The notes under the pieces were generated by a model. That model worked only from the letters and a program-made list of their open reading frames with translations. It made no database searches and was not told the origin of the DNA. From the NCBI GenBank assembly GCA_937959065.1, contig CALGOI010000379.1, forward strand, positions 2,556 through 66,555: a DNA stretch of 64,000 bases, read 5' to 3'. Below, piece by piece: positions 53,401 through 62,268 of the stretch (position 1 is the first letter of the stretch; each line of letters starts with the position of its first letter). The translations under genes were made by a program, and so were the position numbers. The DNA is from an uncultured Ignavibacteriota bacterium (GTDB taxonomy: Bacteria > Bacteroidota > Ignavibacteria > Tepidaquicellales > Tepidaquicellaceae).

Positions 53401-55085
53401 TGGACTATATTGATGATTCAGGGGCTTCGGTGTCGTTTGCCAACTCAACGAAGTGTAAGATCAATATTTCGAATATCGGGGAATATTTGACCAGGTTCCC
53501 AAACTCTATTGTTTCCTTTACAGCAGAGCCGGGAGATCGGATACGCTTTATAAGGGATGAGGATGGTGACCTGTACTCCACTTATGAGGATGTGGAGATA
53601 ATTGATGTACAGGGAGATGATCTTATTATATACACAGACTTTAGCCTTGGGGAACTTCAGGATGGGGTGATGTTTGAGGTGTATAAGCCTGAATTGGATG
53701 TTGAGGTTAAGACCTATTATGAGTTTGGAGAATGTTACGAAGTTGGAAACCCCGGTGAATCTGATCGATACCACAAGGGTCCCACACAAGATCAAAACCC
53801 TGCCGACTTGTCCGGCACACCGGCTACCGGAACATTCTCTGTTGGAGATGCCTATTATCGTGTTCGCAGCGTTCCGAGTGATGGAGGGGAGAAGGTAAGG
53901 TATGGCCATAATCAATTCATTAGTGATTTCTATGAGTCTTTTGATGAATCCGTTGGCCGGGTTAATGCCGAAAATCCGGATTTTAAGCAGATAAGAAGGA
54001 CCGAGGTTGACAGGTTTAGCGGTAAAATATTCCCTGAAACCAAGATAAACAACCTCAACCGGTTCGATTTTAACGACCAAAAGCCATTGCCGAAGGAGCA
54101 TGGCCCGATACAGAAGCTACAACGGGTAGAAAATGTATTGTTGGCCATCTGCCAGTTCAGGGTTAATGCGCTATACATAGAGGAATCTATCATTACGAAC
54201 AACGAGGGTGTTGATACCATTACTACATCTCAGGATGTTATTGGAGGTGTTAGGGCACTTAAAGGTAAGTTTGGCACACTTCACCCTGAGTCAGTAGATG
54301 AATGGGAAGGAGAGGTAAGATGGTTTGATGTGAGCACCGGAAAAGTGTTGAGGTATGCCAACAATGGACTAACTCCTATTAGTGAGTTGAAGATGGGTAA
54401 CTTCTTTTCGGATAAAGCCAAGGAGTATGGGCAAATACTAAGTCCGGAGATTGCCACTGTCGTTTCCACTTACGATCCGTTTTTCGAGGAATATGTTTTG
54501 TCATTTAAGTTCCACGAAGCAATATTAACAGGAAACGACATTACGCCTGTTACGCTTGCATTTAGCGAGAAGATAAAACGATGGACTACGTTCTATTCTT
54601 TCGAACCGGAAGAATTGCAACGGGCCGGGCAGAACATTATTTCCTTTAAAACAGGAAATCTCTATTTACACAACCAGAACACTAACCGGGCTAATTATTA
54701 TGGTTCTCAAGACGATGTGGAGATAAAGATAGTTGGCAATATCGATCCGTTTAGTGTTAAGGTGTTTAAAGGCATTACCGTTGACTCTCCTGTTTTATGG
54801 TGGTGTCCCGAGATACAGATACCAATTAACGCCAATCTTTCTGTACCGATGAACAGCCGATTGAAGCCTGCCCACTTCAGGAATAAGGAAGGTAAGTGGT
54901 ATGCCTCGTTCCTTCGGGATGAGAACACTCCCGGACCTGGTGTACATAAATTGTTAAACGGTCGGGCGTTGAGGGGAGAAACGGTGGAAGTGTTGTTAAG
55001 GGCGAATGAAATTGATAAAGACATAGTTCTGATGAGTGTTGACCTGCTTTCAGTTAAGAGTGAATACAGCAACCGTCAGGCATAA
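50475..55085 (+). CDS. Very large virion protein (tail/baseplate/fibre candidate)
   Basis: 1,536-aa uninterrupted ORF in the structural block. No motif was recognised. Confidence 0.5.
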   Translation: MAIVDKKLFINGGLNSDDDNRAMPPEDYRYALNIRNGSSDASNMGAVEGALGNELVSVTLPAGNNECVGSVEDRENQKVYYFIANDAGSHSIYEYDVITNSVELVMQDEVLNFNKFFPVHSADVIEGLLQWTDNRNEPRSINIEKAKKDKRFKYKFVFGLPGDDLIMSVGTDYSVEILDEVGGTVLAPYVFHTASDPNIVDDLEEAAKVIADAINNDITTSAELTATACGQYVEVEVDTAGYFEVIFTASTHDVLAIPQNFYYNGITEEQINSVKDPQHCEPQTSVVQDVDRESNRIRKHVFQFRTRLIFTDSEKSALGPISDIALDYNDCSGSSLGSANNCIVVNFTDTRLNDLTSLSVITGLEIFVRDHEEGKWRSVTVLDQHQFGIGTNSFKFYNDGIYSGIADEDADKLFDSHPILAEAQAIIKNRKHFGNTLEGYDPVCVDADIDIDYEESPDVIGHSITGKIFIRNAFVGQTEYKLHQPIWDNSSNDIQGTTVFGGFGPLDVVNGVGQDYDQILPLDGFVVYLAGTDFYDISKQAPNDNPNPQNPNGVYIGTNGNIRDDITGNGNSGETPETRAYSTFSIDGVPDGTYILRVASHKTTQDDLNDPGRRYQRSSTYVDDIGGGGQELLVTISGGNVDIGKIQIQDLTDPSLSTQSTAISGYVTDKDVTLPGSPTAEDYRSDTRVELANVELDIGVLFHSAKGHTTTDHNGFFWWGAPYTITGVAPNIDVDDVFTMDLSHSPTVVNENGDPFSAFDGAQHQEVVCRNTNNDVSINGRTKVEGSTGFPGVVVLSDHGRWILTDSVGDYSIIQYGDTLIYNASGQKRRYDSIRFFQRTVQCLVEFTPDSQLNNIFIGPSDFNFNNPFLLQPVVGTVIYSAIDPAWARGADWQFGIVYYDHANRSNAVNTSDRLIKHSTFYTEINPDTGLQDPDGKAILSWEVKHQPPDWATHWQWVRTKNTFAKSYLQWVADSVDYIDDSGASVSFANSTKCKINISNIGEYLTRFPNSIVSFTAEPGDRIRFIRDEDGDLYSTYEDVEIIDVQGDDLIIYTDFSLGELQDGVMFEVYKPELDVEVKTYYEFGECYEVGNPGESDRYHKGPTQDQNPADLSGTPATGTFSVGDAYYRVRSVPSDGGEKVRYGHNQFISDFYESFDESVGRVNAENPDFKQIRRTEVDRFSGKIFPETKINNLNRFDFNDQKPLPKEHGPIQKLQRVENVLLAICQFRVNALYIEESIITNNEGVDTITTSQDVIGGVRALKGKFGTLHPESVDEWEGEVRWFDVSTGKVLRYANNGLTPISELKMGNFFSDKAKEYGQILSPEIATVVSTYDPFFEEYVLSFKFHEAILTGNDITPVTLAFSEKIKRWTTFYSFEPEELQRAGQNIISFKTGNLYLHNQNTNRANYYGSQDDVEIKIVGNIDPFSVKVFKGITVDSPVLWWCPEIQIPINANLSVPMNSRLKPAHFRNKEGKWYASFLRDENTPGPGVHKLLNGRALRGETVEVLLRANEIDKDIVLMSVDLLSVKSEYSNRQA

Positions 55086-55097
55086 TTCATATATTTG

Positions 55098-55466
55098 ATG
55101 AATAGTTCTTTGGGGAAATTTCCTTGTACTGGATGCGGTGTTTGTTGCATGAACGTGTCATCTGTATTGAATAGGGCCAAAGAAGGAAAAATAGACGATC
55201 CAGACCTTAAAAAGGCGATTGACGCATTTCCTTACAAGGCAATGGAAAACGGTTCGTGCGAGATGCTTGATGATAACGGTAAATGTAAGGTGTACGATAA
55301 CCGCCCTGAACTATGTAATACAGACGTGATGTTTGAGAAGGTTTGGAGCAAGAAGATGAGTAAGTCGGACTATTTTAAAGAATCTGCCCGTGCGTGTAAC
55401 AACATGATCAAGTACAGTGAATTGCCAAAGGAGTTCCTTATTGACGAAAAACAGTTTGACGAATGA
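55098..55466 (+). CDS. YkgJ-like CxxCxxCC zinc/iron-chelating domain protein
   Basis: It has CTGCGVCC near the N-terminus and further Cys residues (GSCEML, GKCKVY, LCN). The ATG at 55098 was preferred over the TTG at 55095. Confidence 0.5.
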   Translation: MNSSLGKFPCTGCGVCCMNVSSVLNRAKEGKIDDPDLKKAIDAFPYKAMENGSCEMLDDNGKCKVYDNRPELCNTDVMFEKVWSKKMSKSDYFKESARACNNMIKYSELPKEFLIDEKQFDE

Positions 55467-56176
55467 GCCCTCTTGTCACATCAGCACTATTTGCAGGCGT
55501 TCCGGCCTTAGCCAAAATGGGCGTGGGGATTGGCCAAAAAATAAAAGCCAACAAGCTTAGTAAAACTCCACGTCCTGTTTATCAGCGCCCAGGAGAGATC
55601 GACAAGTATGTTCAATCATCTTTATCACGATCTGCGTCCCCACGAATTGCCGGTCATGAAGCTATTGAGCAAAAACTTGGTGCGGCCTCAGCAAATGTTA
55701 TGAGGACTGCCCAGGATGCTGCTGATCCGATGGCCTTCTTAGGTGCTGTTAGTTCAGCTAAAGGCCGGGAGCAAGATGCTATTCTTGATCTTGGTATTGC
55801 CGGGGCACAGGATAAGGCAAGGCGTGAGGAGGCTGCAAATCAGGCGTTGCTTACCGGTGCCCAATACAAGGATAAGGAGTTTGAGATAAACGAGTTGATG
55901 CCTTATCAGCAGGCTAAGGCGGCTGAATCTGCGCTAAGGGAAAGCGGCACTCAAAACCTTATAGGAGGGATAACAGACTTGTCTGGTGTTGCAAGTAGTA
56001 TGATAGGAATTGGCGGAGGCGGAGACACCAAGGTTACTACAGGCGCAGTAAACGACACTGTTGCAGGCCAACAAGTTACAGATCCCGCAAACGTTATGAA
56101 TATGAGTGACGCTGATAAGAACAGGCTGAAGATTCAAAATCCTCGACTATACGCCACCCTATTCCCTAACGGCTAA
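55463..56176 (+). CDS. Hypothetical virion-module protein
   Basis: 237-aa ORF, Ala/Gly-rich. Confidence 0.5.
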   Translation: MSPLVTSALFAGVPALAKMGVGIGQKIKANKLSKTPRPVYQRPGEIDKYVQSSLSRSASPRIAGHEAIEQKLGAASANVMRTAQDAADPMAFLGAVSSAKGREQDAILDLGIAGAQDKARREEAANQALLTGAQYKDKEFEINELMPYQQAKAAESALRESGTQNLIGGITDLSGVASSMIGIGGGGDTKVTTGAVNDTVAGQQVTDPANVMNMSDADKNRLKIQNPRLYATLFPNG

Positions 56177-57651
56177 TGGACCCACTTGGACAGGTATATC
56201 AAGGAGTAGGCGGCACGGGTGCGGCAGTGATAATTGAGGCACAAGGACTGGATCCTGTTGCGCTACACGCCCAGCGTGTTAATCAGTATTGGCAGAATAA
56301 GGCGGCCGAGGCGCAAGTTAGGCAACAGCAGTTTGACGCTGCATTTAAGCAACTAAACGACTTTAAGGGTGACGGATGGTACCAACACGATAAGTACCTG
56401 AAGGAGATGAGTAATACACTCACCGATGAACTAACTACAGCCTACATAGGCGGAGGAAATCCATTTGACCCTTCCGATTCCGGGTATATTGACTTTTCCA
56501 GGAGGATGAAGGACATTGAATCTGCCCACAATTATTCGAAGCAGATCAAGGACTACCACGATGAGGTTTTCACGAAAATGCAAGGCGCAGAGCCTGGAAC
56601 ATACACTGCTGAAAGCATGTTGGAGTTTGAGGCGTTCTACTCACTTCCATTTGAAGAACAACTTCAAACTAAACTTCCTGTTTTGGTCGAAACACCAGAG
56701 GCTACTGATTGGTATGGTGATTTTACAAAAACCGTTAAACCGTCCACTAAGTACACACGTATTGATGAGAACGGGGTTTCGGTTACCAATCAGAAAGCCA
56801 ACAAGGATGCTAATGCCATTATTGTAAATAATTGGCTGGACACTTATGCCGGCCGTGATGAATTACTGGCGTATTTTAACGGGGATGTAAATGCTGCTAT
56901 TGACTTTCTTAATGGTGATGTAAACTCAAGAGCAGACATCACCTATATGAAGAGCGTTGATCCTGCTGATGTGTTTGGCACCGGTTCTGCTGACGACAAC
57001 AACCCTCTTGGCCTTGGAACAAGGGTATATGAAGTTCCATTTGTTCCGGGCGGAGACAAATCATTCGGAACTTATGAGACTACGGCCACGAACGAATACG
57101 CATTAAACGGCCGGGAGATAATCATTAACACTCCTGAGTACTTTAATGTGAGTACCGGAAAGTGGAACAGGGGTGTAGCCGAGAATATCAATTTCATTCC
57201 GGAAGGTGTTGTTAGGTACAATGTTGCCGGTCAAGCCACTACATTTACCTACAACAACCAAACATTCAGCCTTGAGGAGGGAGATATAATTCCTGACGAA
57301 TGGATATCCACGATGAAGTCTCAAAATGTTCTTATACAACAACGTGATTTTGTAAGGGGTATTGAGCGGTATGTTGAGGAAACAACCGTTCCTGTAACGG
57401 AAAGTTATGCGGACAGGGTTGTGCGGGAACAACAGGGCGTTCCATTGCCTGTGGAGACAGAATATTCCAAGAGAGAAGAAACGGTATATGTTCCGCTGGA
57501 TTATGTTCAGGATGACCTTGTTCGTTCTGTTAAGGGTTATGGTAACTTTGTGGCCGACATGAATAAGCACCAACAATACAATGCACAGAGCGGAATATTC
57601 AGCGGCACCGGCCCTGCCCAAATAAATTCGACAGGAATAACTTGGGAATAA
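56176..57651 (+). CDS. Hypothetical virion-module protein
   Basis: 491-aa ORF, coupled. Confidence 0.5.
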   Translation: MDPLGQVYQGVGGTGAAVIIEAQGLDPVALHAQRVNQYWQNKAAEAQVRQQQFDAAFKQLNDFKGDGWYQHDKYLKEMSNTLTDELTTAYIGGGNPFDPSDSGYIDFSRRMKDIESAHNYSKQIKDYHDEVFTKMQGAEPGTYTAESMLEFEAFYSLPFEEQLQTKLPVLVETPEATDWYGDFTKTVKPSTKYTRIDENGVSVTNQKANKDANAIIVNNWLDTYAGRDELLAYFNGDVNAAIDFLNGDVNSRADITYMKSVDPADVFGTGSADDNNPLGLGTRVYEVPFVPGGDKSFGTYETTATNEYALNGREIIINTPEYFNVSTGKWNRGVAENINFIPEGVVRYNVAGQATTFTYNNQTFSLEEGDIIPDEWISTMKSQNVLIQQRDFVRGIERYVEETTVPVTESYADRVVREQQGVPLPVETEYSKREETVYVPLDYVQDDLVRSVKGYGNFVADMNKHQQYNAQSGIFSGTGPAQINSTGITWE

Positions 57652-60600
57652 ATGGATCCGTTAGCCTCAGTAAATAGCGATAAAATGACAGCCTTTCACG
57701 AGGTTATGTCCAAGGCGTATTCCGACATTCCTGATTATGACACGTTTGTAACCACCTTGGTTAACGATGAGGTTAAGAGAAGGCAGGTGTTCGATAGTAT
57801 GCTAAAGGCTTACCCCGGTGATCAGGTTGATTATGTAACCTGGCAGGACAATCTTGGCTTAAAAAAAAAAGTCGGATTTACCGATGGCTCAAGTTTGCTC
57901 GAAAACTCCGTTATCTCCGGTGGAGAAACCCCCTCTATTTCCGTACCTAACTCGGGTGCGCCACAGTATTTCTCTTCAACTCAGGAAAATCTCAACAATG
58001 CTGCTCCGGCAGCGCAAATAGAGCAGCTTCAAAAAGAGGTTTGGGAGGAGAATAACCCGGAGGCAGGGCCCCATCAATTTGTTAAGCCAATTGTATCAAA
58101 GCCGGAAACTTCGGAGGAGCCGCTTATAAAGCACTATTTCACCACTGACCCTAATATCACACAGGTGGGATTGTACCCTGAGCCTGAGACGCTGACCAAG
58201 CACCAGGTTAAGCAATTAGAGAATCTTGATGAGTCTCAGCTTGCCCAGAACATAGAGCAGTACAAGGAGAAGCAACAAGAGATATTTGCCGAACAGGAAA
58301 GAATGGCCGGCCACTGGCAGTGGTTATATGATCAGAACCTAAAGCAGCGGGATCCGGAGCAATACGATCAGGTTGTAGAGGAACGAGATAAGCAGACAAG
58401 GTTGATGGAGATAAGCAACCGGTTTGCTGAACTTGAGAAGCTTGTTTATTCGAAACCATCCGAAATACCCGCCATGGGAGCGGATGGGGTTACATTTGAA
58501 GATCAAGCACTGGTTGATGAGTGGAACTCACTTATAGGTGAATGGAACGAATTAGCAGGATACTTCAGGGAAAAATATCCTCAAACGGAAGAAGTGGGTG
58601 GTGTTGAGTTGGAATACTCTACAGAGGCACGGGTTAACGCATGGAACGAGTTTCTTCAACCTAAACGGGACAGGCTTGATGAGATAAATAAGCAAATAGA
58701 TGAATTGTCTAACAACCTCAACTATGACTATTTAAAGTCTCCTGATGAAAGATATACTGACACCGAAGTTCAGTTGATCAATTTGCAATTGGAGGAGCTA
58801 ACCAAGGAGCGTGGTGACTTGTCTGATTATCTTGATGAGATGGAGAAGGAGTTGTGGCTGATCCAGAATCCTATACCTGGAAGTGAGAAATGGAAGCTAA
58901 ATACACCTCTTGCCGTTAGTTACGGAAACGCTGTACTACAAGGACTTTCATCGGCTGTTCTTGGAACAGTGGAGGGCGCAATAATGCTTCATGGTATGAC
59001 CGTGCCGGATGAGGTTATTGGTATTCTGAATGAAAGCGGAACATCGCCACATGAGTGGGTTTTATACAAGCTTAACCAAGCGCAGGATTGGGCGAACGAA
59101 ACATGGCAGACCAATCCTATGTACAGTGGTGAACTTGGCCATCAGGTTGCTAATGGTGCAGGGCAAATAGCTGCGTTTATAGCTGGTGGATGGGCAGGAC
59201 AAGCGATGAGGCTTCCTGCTTGGGTGACCAGCACAAGCATGGGTGCTTTGAGTGTGGGATCACACGAATATCAAGTGGCTTATGACATGACACAGGATGC
59301 CAACCGAATGGATATGGATTCTTGGGTTAAGAAGTACGCAAGCGAGCCCGAAGATGTGGTAAAACTTGTGCAGCAGTACAAAGACCTGCATGAACGGGAC
59401 CCGTATGATGTGGGTATGGACTCATTCCTTGTTTCAGCACCATGGGGCGCACTTGAGGGCATTGTTATCGGAAGGTTCTTTGGAAGACTTAATAAAGCCA
59501 CTGGCGGACAGGTAGCCGAAAAGATGGCCAACGGCTTTGCCGACAAGTTTAAGAACGTGTTTAATAATGCCGGCAATTACATGCTTGGCAGCGGGGTTAA
59601 GTTCGGCTTTGAAGAAGGTGTTCAGGAGATGATAACCGAGATAGGCACCAATTGGGCTAACGGGGAGCTTTACGATAAAACCCGTGATGTGTTCGAAAAT
59701 GTTGGCATGGCCGGAGAGGTGGGAGGTATATTAGGGTTTACCCTTGGAGCTATGCTTCCCGTGGTTAAAAAGCGCTATGGCGGTAAGTTGTCTCAGGAGG
59801 AGCTTATTGATGTTAAGGTAGCTGAATCATACATTAATGAGCAGCTATCAAGGCTTGAAGGAATAGATGATCTTGAGGTGTTTAACCCAATTGAGTATTC
59901 GAGTGAGGCTAAATTGATACAAGAAGAGATCGTTCGAATTGAGGCTGACCTTGCAAAGGGTGGGATAGACGCTAACACACAAGGAATATTAGAAACCCAA
60001 CTTGAGGAACTGAATACTGAGCTTGCTGTTCAGATAAACGAGGACATGGAATCTCAGCGGGAGATTGATAAGCTGAGATTGCGGGGTGGTGTTATAGCCG
60101 AGATACTAACGGACATGACCAATGCCTATAATGCAGGAAAACTTTCTCCTGAAAGCGCTGAGGCATTGTCGGGCAATATAGAGGAACTTACTGCTGAATT
60201 AGAGAGTATTAACCAACAATTAGAAAGCTATGCCGAAGGAGTTGGAGAGGAAACTCAAGAAAAAGGCCAGGAAGAAGTTTCCGGGCAACAAGAAACGACA
60301 GAACCGGTACGTGTACGGGACGTTGAACAAGTTGAAGTAGCAGACCAAATAACCGGTCTTGCTCAAAAGATAATGGCAGGAGAAACCGAGTTCACTGCCG
60401 AGGAGTTGCAGTTGCAACAAAATAACCCTCAATTACTTGAACAAGAACTAAACAGACTTAAAGATGAAGGACAACTCGAAACCAGAGAGACTGGCGTACC
60501 TGTACAAGTCGAAGGGCAAACAGGGCAAATCCAAGCCGAAGAAGAAGTACAGCCGGCCCAAGCAGTCGAAGGGGTTGTATTAAAGCCTTATGTTACGGAT

Positions 60601-62259
60601 GATGGCCGTTATACGGTAACCCCAACAGAACAAGGTGTTCAGATCATCAACAATAAGACGAAGAATGTCATCGACCCCCGTAGTGCCAACTACAAAACCG
60701 TTCTTGATTTTTACAAGCGGTCAAACATAGAGGCATTACGGGAAGGCGGCAGGGTAAAACCCGAGCCGGGAATGACTGAGGACCAGTACCGATCTTCCGT
60801 ATTGGAAACCTCAACAAATCCGCAGGAAATAGCCGAAGAGTATTTAAGGGCCTTGGCGGAGCCTCCTGATGCCACACATATTGACGACATACTTGTTGAC
60901 CATTTATCGGCCATTACGCCTGATTCATTCTATCAGTGGGGAGACAAGAATTATGTTACGCCACAGATACGCAATAACTACTTCAAGACCAAAAAGAAAG
61001 GAGGTGTTCCGCTTGATGTTATTGCGCAGGAGATAGTGGAGGAATATGCCCCGCCCGGAATGGATGAGCAGGCCGTGATAGAGGCGATGATAGACTTTGT
61101 TGTGGATAATCCCGGAGGCACCCAATCTTACAAACCTGTTTCTGAGGCAGCACGAAGCCTTGCCGGTAAGTTTCAGGATGTGGCCGGGTTTAAGATAGAT
61201 GAGGATTTTGCACGTGATTTGGCAGGGGTAGATGAGCAAGCATCTCAGTTATCCGATCAGGTTGCCGATATTATAGCCTCAGAAGGAATTACCAAGGATA
61301 ACTGGGCCCAACTCAGGGATGAGTTGTTCTACTTATCTGATGAAGAAATAGCACTAATTGATACTCATTATGGCACACAAGAACAAACGCAAGTCCAGCC
61401 AGAGGCCGTCACTGAAGAAGGTGCAGGCCGTGTTGAAGGTGAACCAACTCTTAAACCAACTCCGGGCAGGGTAGAGGCTTCTCCTGAAATAGAGGCTGTT
61501 GTAGAGGACTTTGTTTCCAAGAACCCAAAAAAGCCCTACGGGAATACACTATTCTCGGACTTTGTTAAGTTGAATTATCCACAAATAGATGCGGATGCTA
61601 CTCAGGCGTATTACGATTCTGTTACGGAAATGCAGAACAAAGAGGAGCAGGCGCGGGCTGAGGTTCGTGATAATTTACAGAATAGACGGGATTCTGTATT
61701 CTCCATACTTCAGGCTAAGGTTGATGAGTCAGCCAATACGGCCAAGCAACAGGCAAAGGATAATGTTACAGAGGCTTCAATACCGGTTCTTGATGCTGTT
61801 AAGGCTGCCCGAAAGGGGGTTGCTTATGCGAGTTCTGCACTAAATAAGTTTCAGGACGCTACGTTTGGAAAAGCGGTAGATGCTGCTGAGGACTTTGTGG
61901 CCAAGAAAATAAAACAGGCCAATGCCAGTCATAATAAAGCGGCAGTTGGTGTTTCCCAGGCGCTATCAATTTATTTTGGTGGAATGCCGTACACCAAAGC
62001 TGATCTGAAGAACAAACTGCAGTTCAACGGGCAGGTAAACTTCTCTAAGGTGCAGGCGGAAAAGATGATGAAGGAAATGTGGGCCATGGTCGAAGGCAGC
62101 CCTCAGTCCCTTATCAAGATACACAAGCTGCTCGATCCGGAGGTTTACGAAGTGAGGGGCTTGGAGGCAGGGGAAATGCCCACTCTTGATGACCTTACTA
62201 CGAACGAGAGAAGGCTGTACGAAACCATTACGGAGATAAACGCCTATGTTCACTACTAA
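57652..62259 (+). CDS. Very large coiled-coil protein with central hydrophobic segments (internal/ejection or tape-measure-like candidate)
   Basis: 1,535 aa with long Glu/Gln-rich coiled regions and hydrophobic stretches (GAGQIAAFIAGGWAGQAM and VGGILGFTLGAMLPVV). Confidence 0.45.
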   Translation: MDPLASVNSDKMTAFHEVMSKAYSDIPDYDTFVTTLVNDEVKRRQVFDSMLKAYPGDQVDYVTWQDNLGLKKKVGFTDGSSLLENSVISGGETPSISVPNSGAPQYFSSTQENLNNAAPAAQIEQLQKEVWEENNPEAGPHQFVKPIVSKPETSEEPLIKHYFTTDPNITQVGLYPEPETLTKHQVKQLENLDESQLAQNIEQYKEKQQEIFAEQERMAGHWQWLYDQNLKQRDPEQYDQVVEERDKQTRLMEISNRFAELEKLVYSKPSEIPAMGADGVTFEDQALVDEWNSLIGEWNELAGYFREKYPQTEEVGGVELEYSTEARVNAWNEFLQPKRDRLDEINKQIDELSNNLNYDYLKSPDERYTDTEVQLINLQLEELTKERGDLSDYLDEMEKELWLIQNPIPGSEKWKLNTPLAVSYGNAVLQGLSSAVLGTVEGAIMLHGMTVPDEVIGILNESGTSPHEWVLYKLNQAQDWANETWQTNPMYSGELGHQVANGAGQIAAFIAGGWAGQAMRLPAWVTSTSMGALSVGSHEYQVAYDMTQDANRMDMDSWVKKYASEPEDVVKLVQQYKDLHERDPYDVGMDSFLVSAPWGALEGIVIGRFFGRLNKATGGQVAEKMANGFADKFKNVFNNAGNYMLGSGVKFGFEEGVQEMITEIGTNWANGELYDKTRDVFENVGMAGEVGGILGFTLGAMLPVVKKRYGGKLSQEELIDVKVAESYINEQLSRLEGIDDLEVFNPIEYSSEAKLIQEEIVRIEADLAKGGIDANTQGILETQLEELNTELAVQINEDMESQREIDKLRLRGGVIAEILTDMTNAYNAGKLSPESAEALSGNIEELTAELESINQQLESYAEGVGEETQEKGQEEVSGQQETTEPVRVRDVEQVEVADQITGLAQKIMAGETEFTAEELQLQQNNPQLLEQELNRLKDEGQLETRETGVPVQVEGQTGQIQAEEEVQPAQAVEGVVLKPYVTDDGRYTVTPTEQGVQIINNKTKNVIDPRSANYKTVLDFYKRSNIEALREGGRVKPEPGMTEDQYRSSVLETSTNPQEIAEEYLRALAEPPDATHIDDILVDHLSAITPDSFYQWGDKNYVTPQIRNNYFKTKKKGGVPLDVIAQEIVEEYAPPGMDEQAVIEAMIDFVVDNPGGTQSYKPVSEAARSLAGKFQDVAGFKIDEDFARDLAGVDEQASQLSDQVADIIASEGITKDNWAQLRDELFYLSDEEIALIDTHYGTQEQTQVQPEAVTEEGAGRVEGEPTLKPTPGRVEASPEIEAVVEDFVSKNPKKPYGNTLFSDFVKLNYPQIDADATQAYYDSVTEMQNKEEQARAEVRDNLQNRRDSVFSILQAKVDESANTAKQQAKDNVTEASIPVLDAVKAARKGVAYASSALNKFQDATFGKAVDAAEDFVAKKIKQANASHNKAAVGVSQALSIYFGGMPYTKADLKNKLQFNGQVNFSKVQAEKMMKEMWAMVEGSPQSLIKIHKLLDPEVYEVRGLEAGEMPTLDDLTTNERRLYETITEINAYVHY

Positions 62260-62268
62260 AATTTATCC

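Noticed and set aside
53445-54101. 218-aa minus-strand ORF inside the 1,536-aa gene
   Set aside because: It is an antisense shadow ORF within an uninterrupted giant ORF.
50475-62259. The two ~1,535-aa ORFs as duplicates of each other
   Set aside because: The similar length appears coincidental. No shared sequence blocks were seen on inspection.
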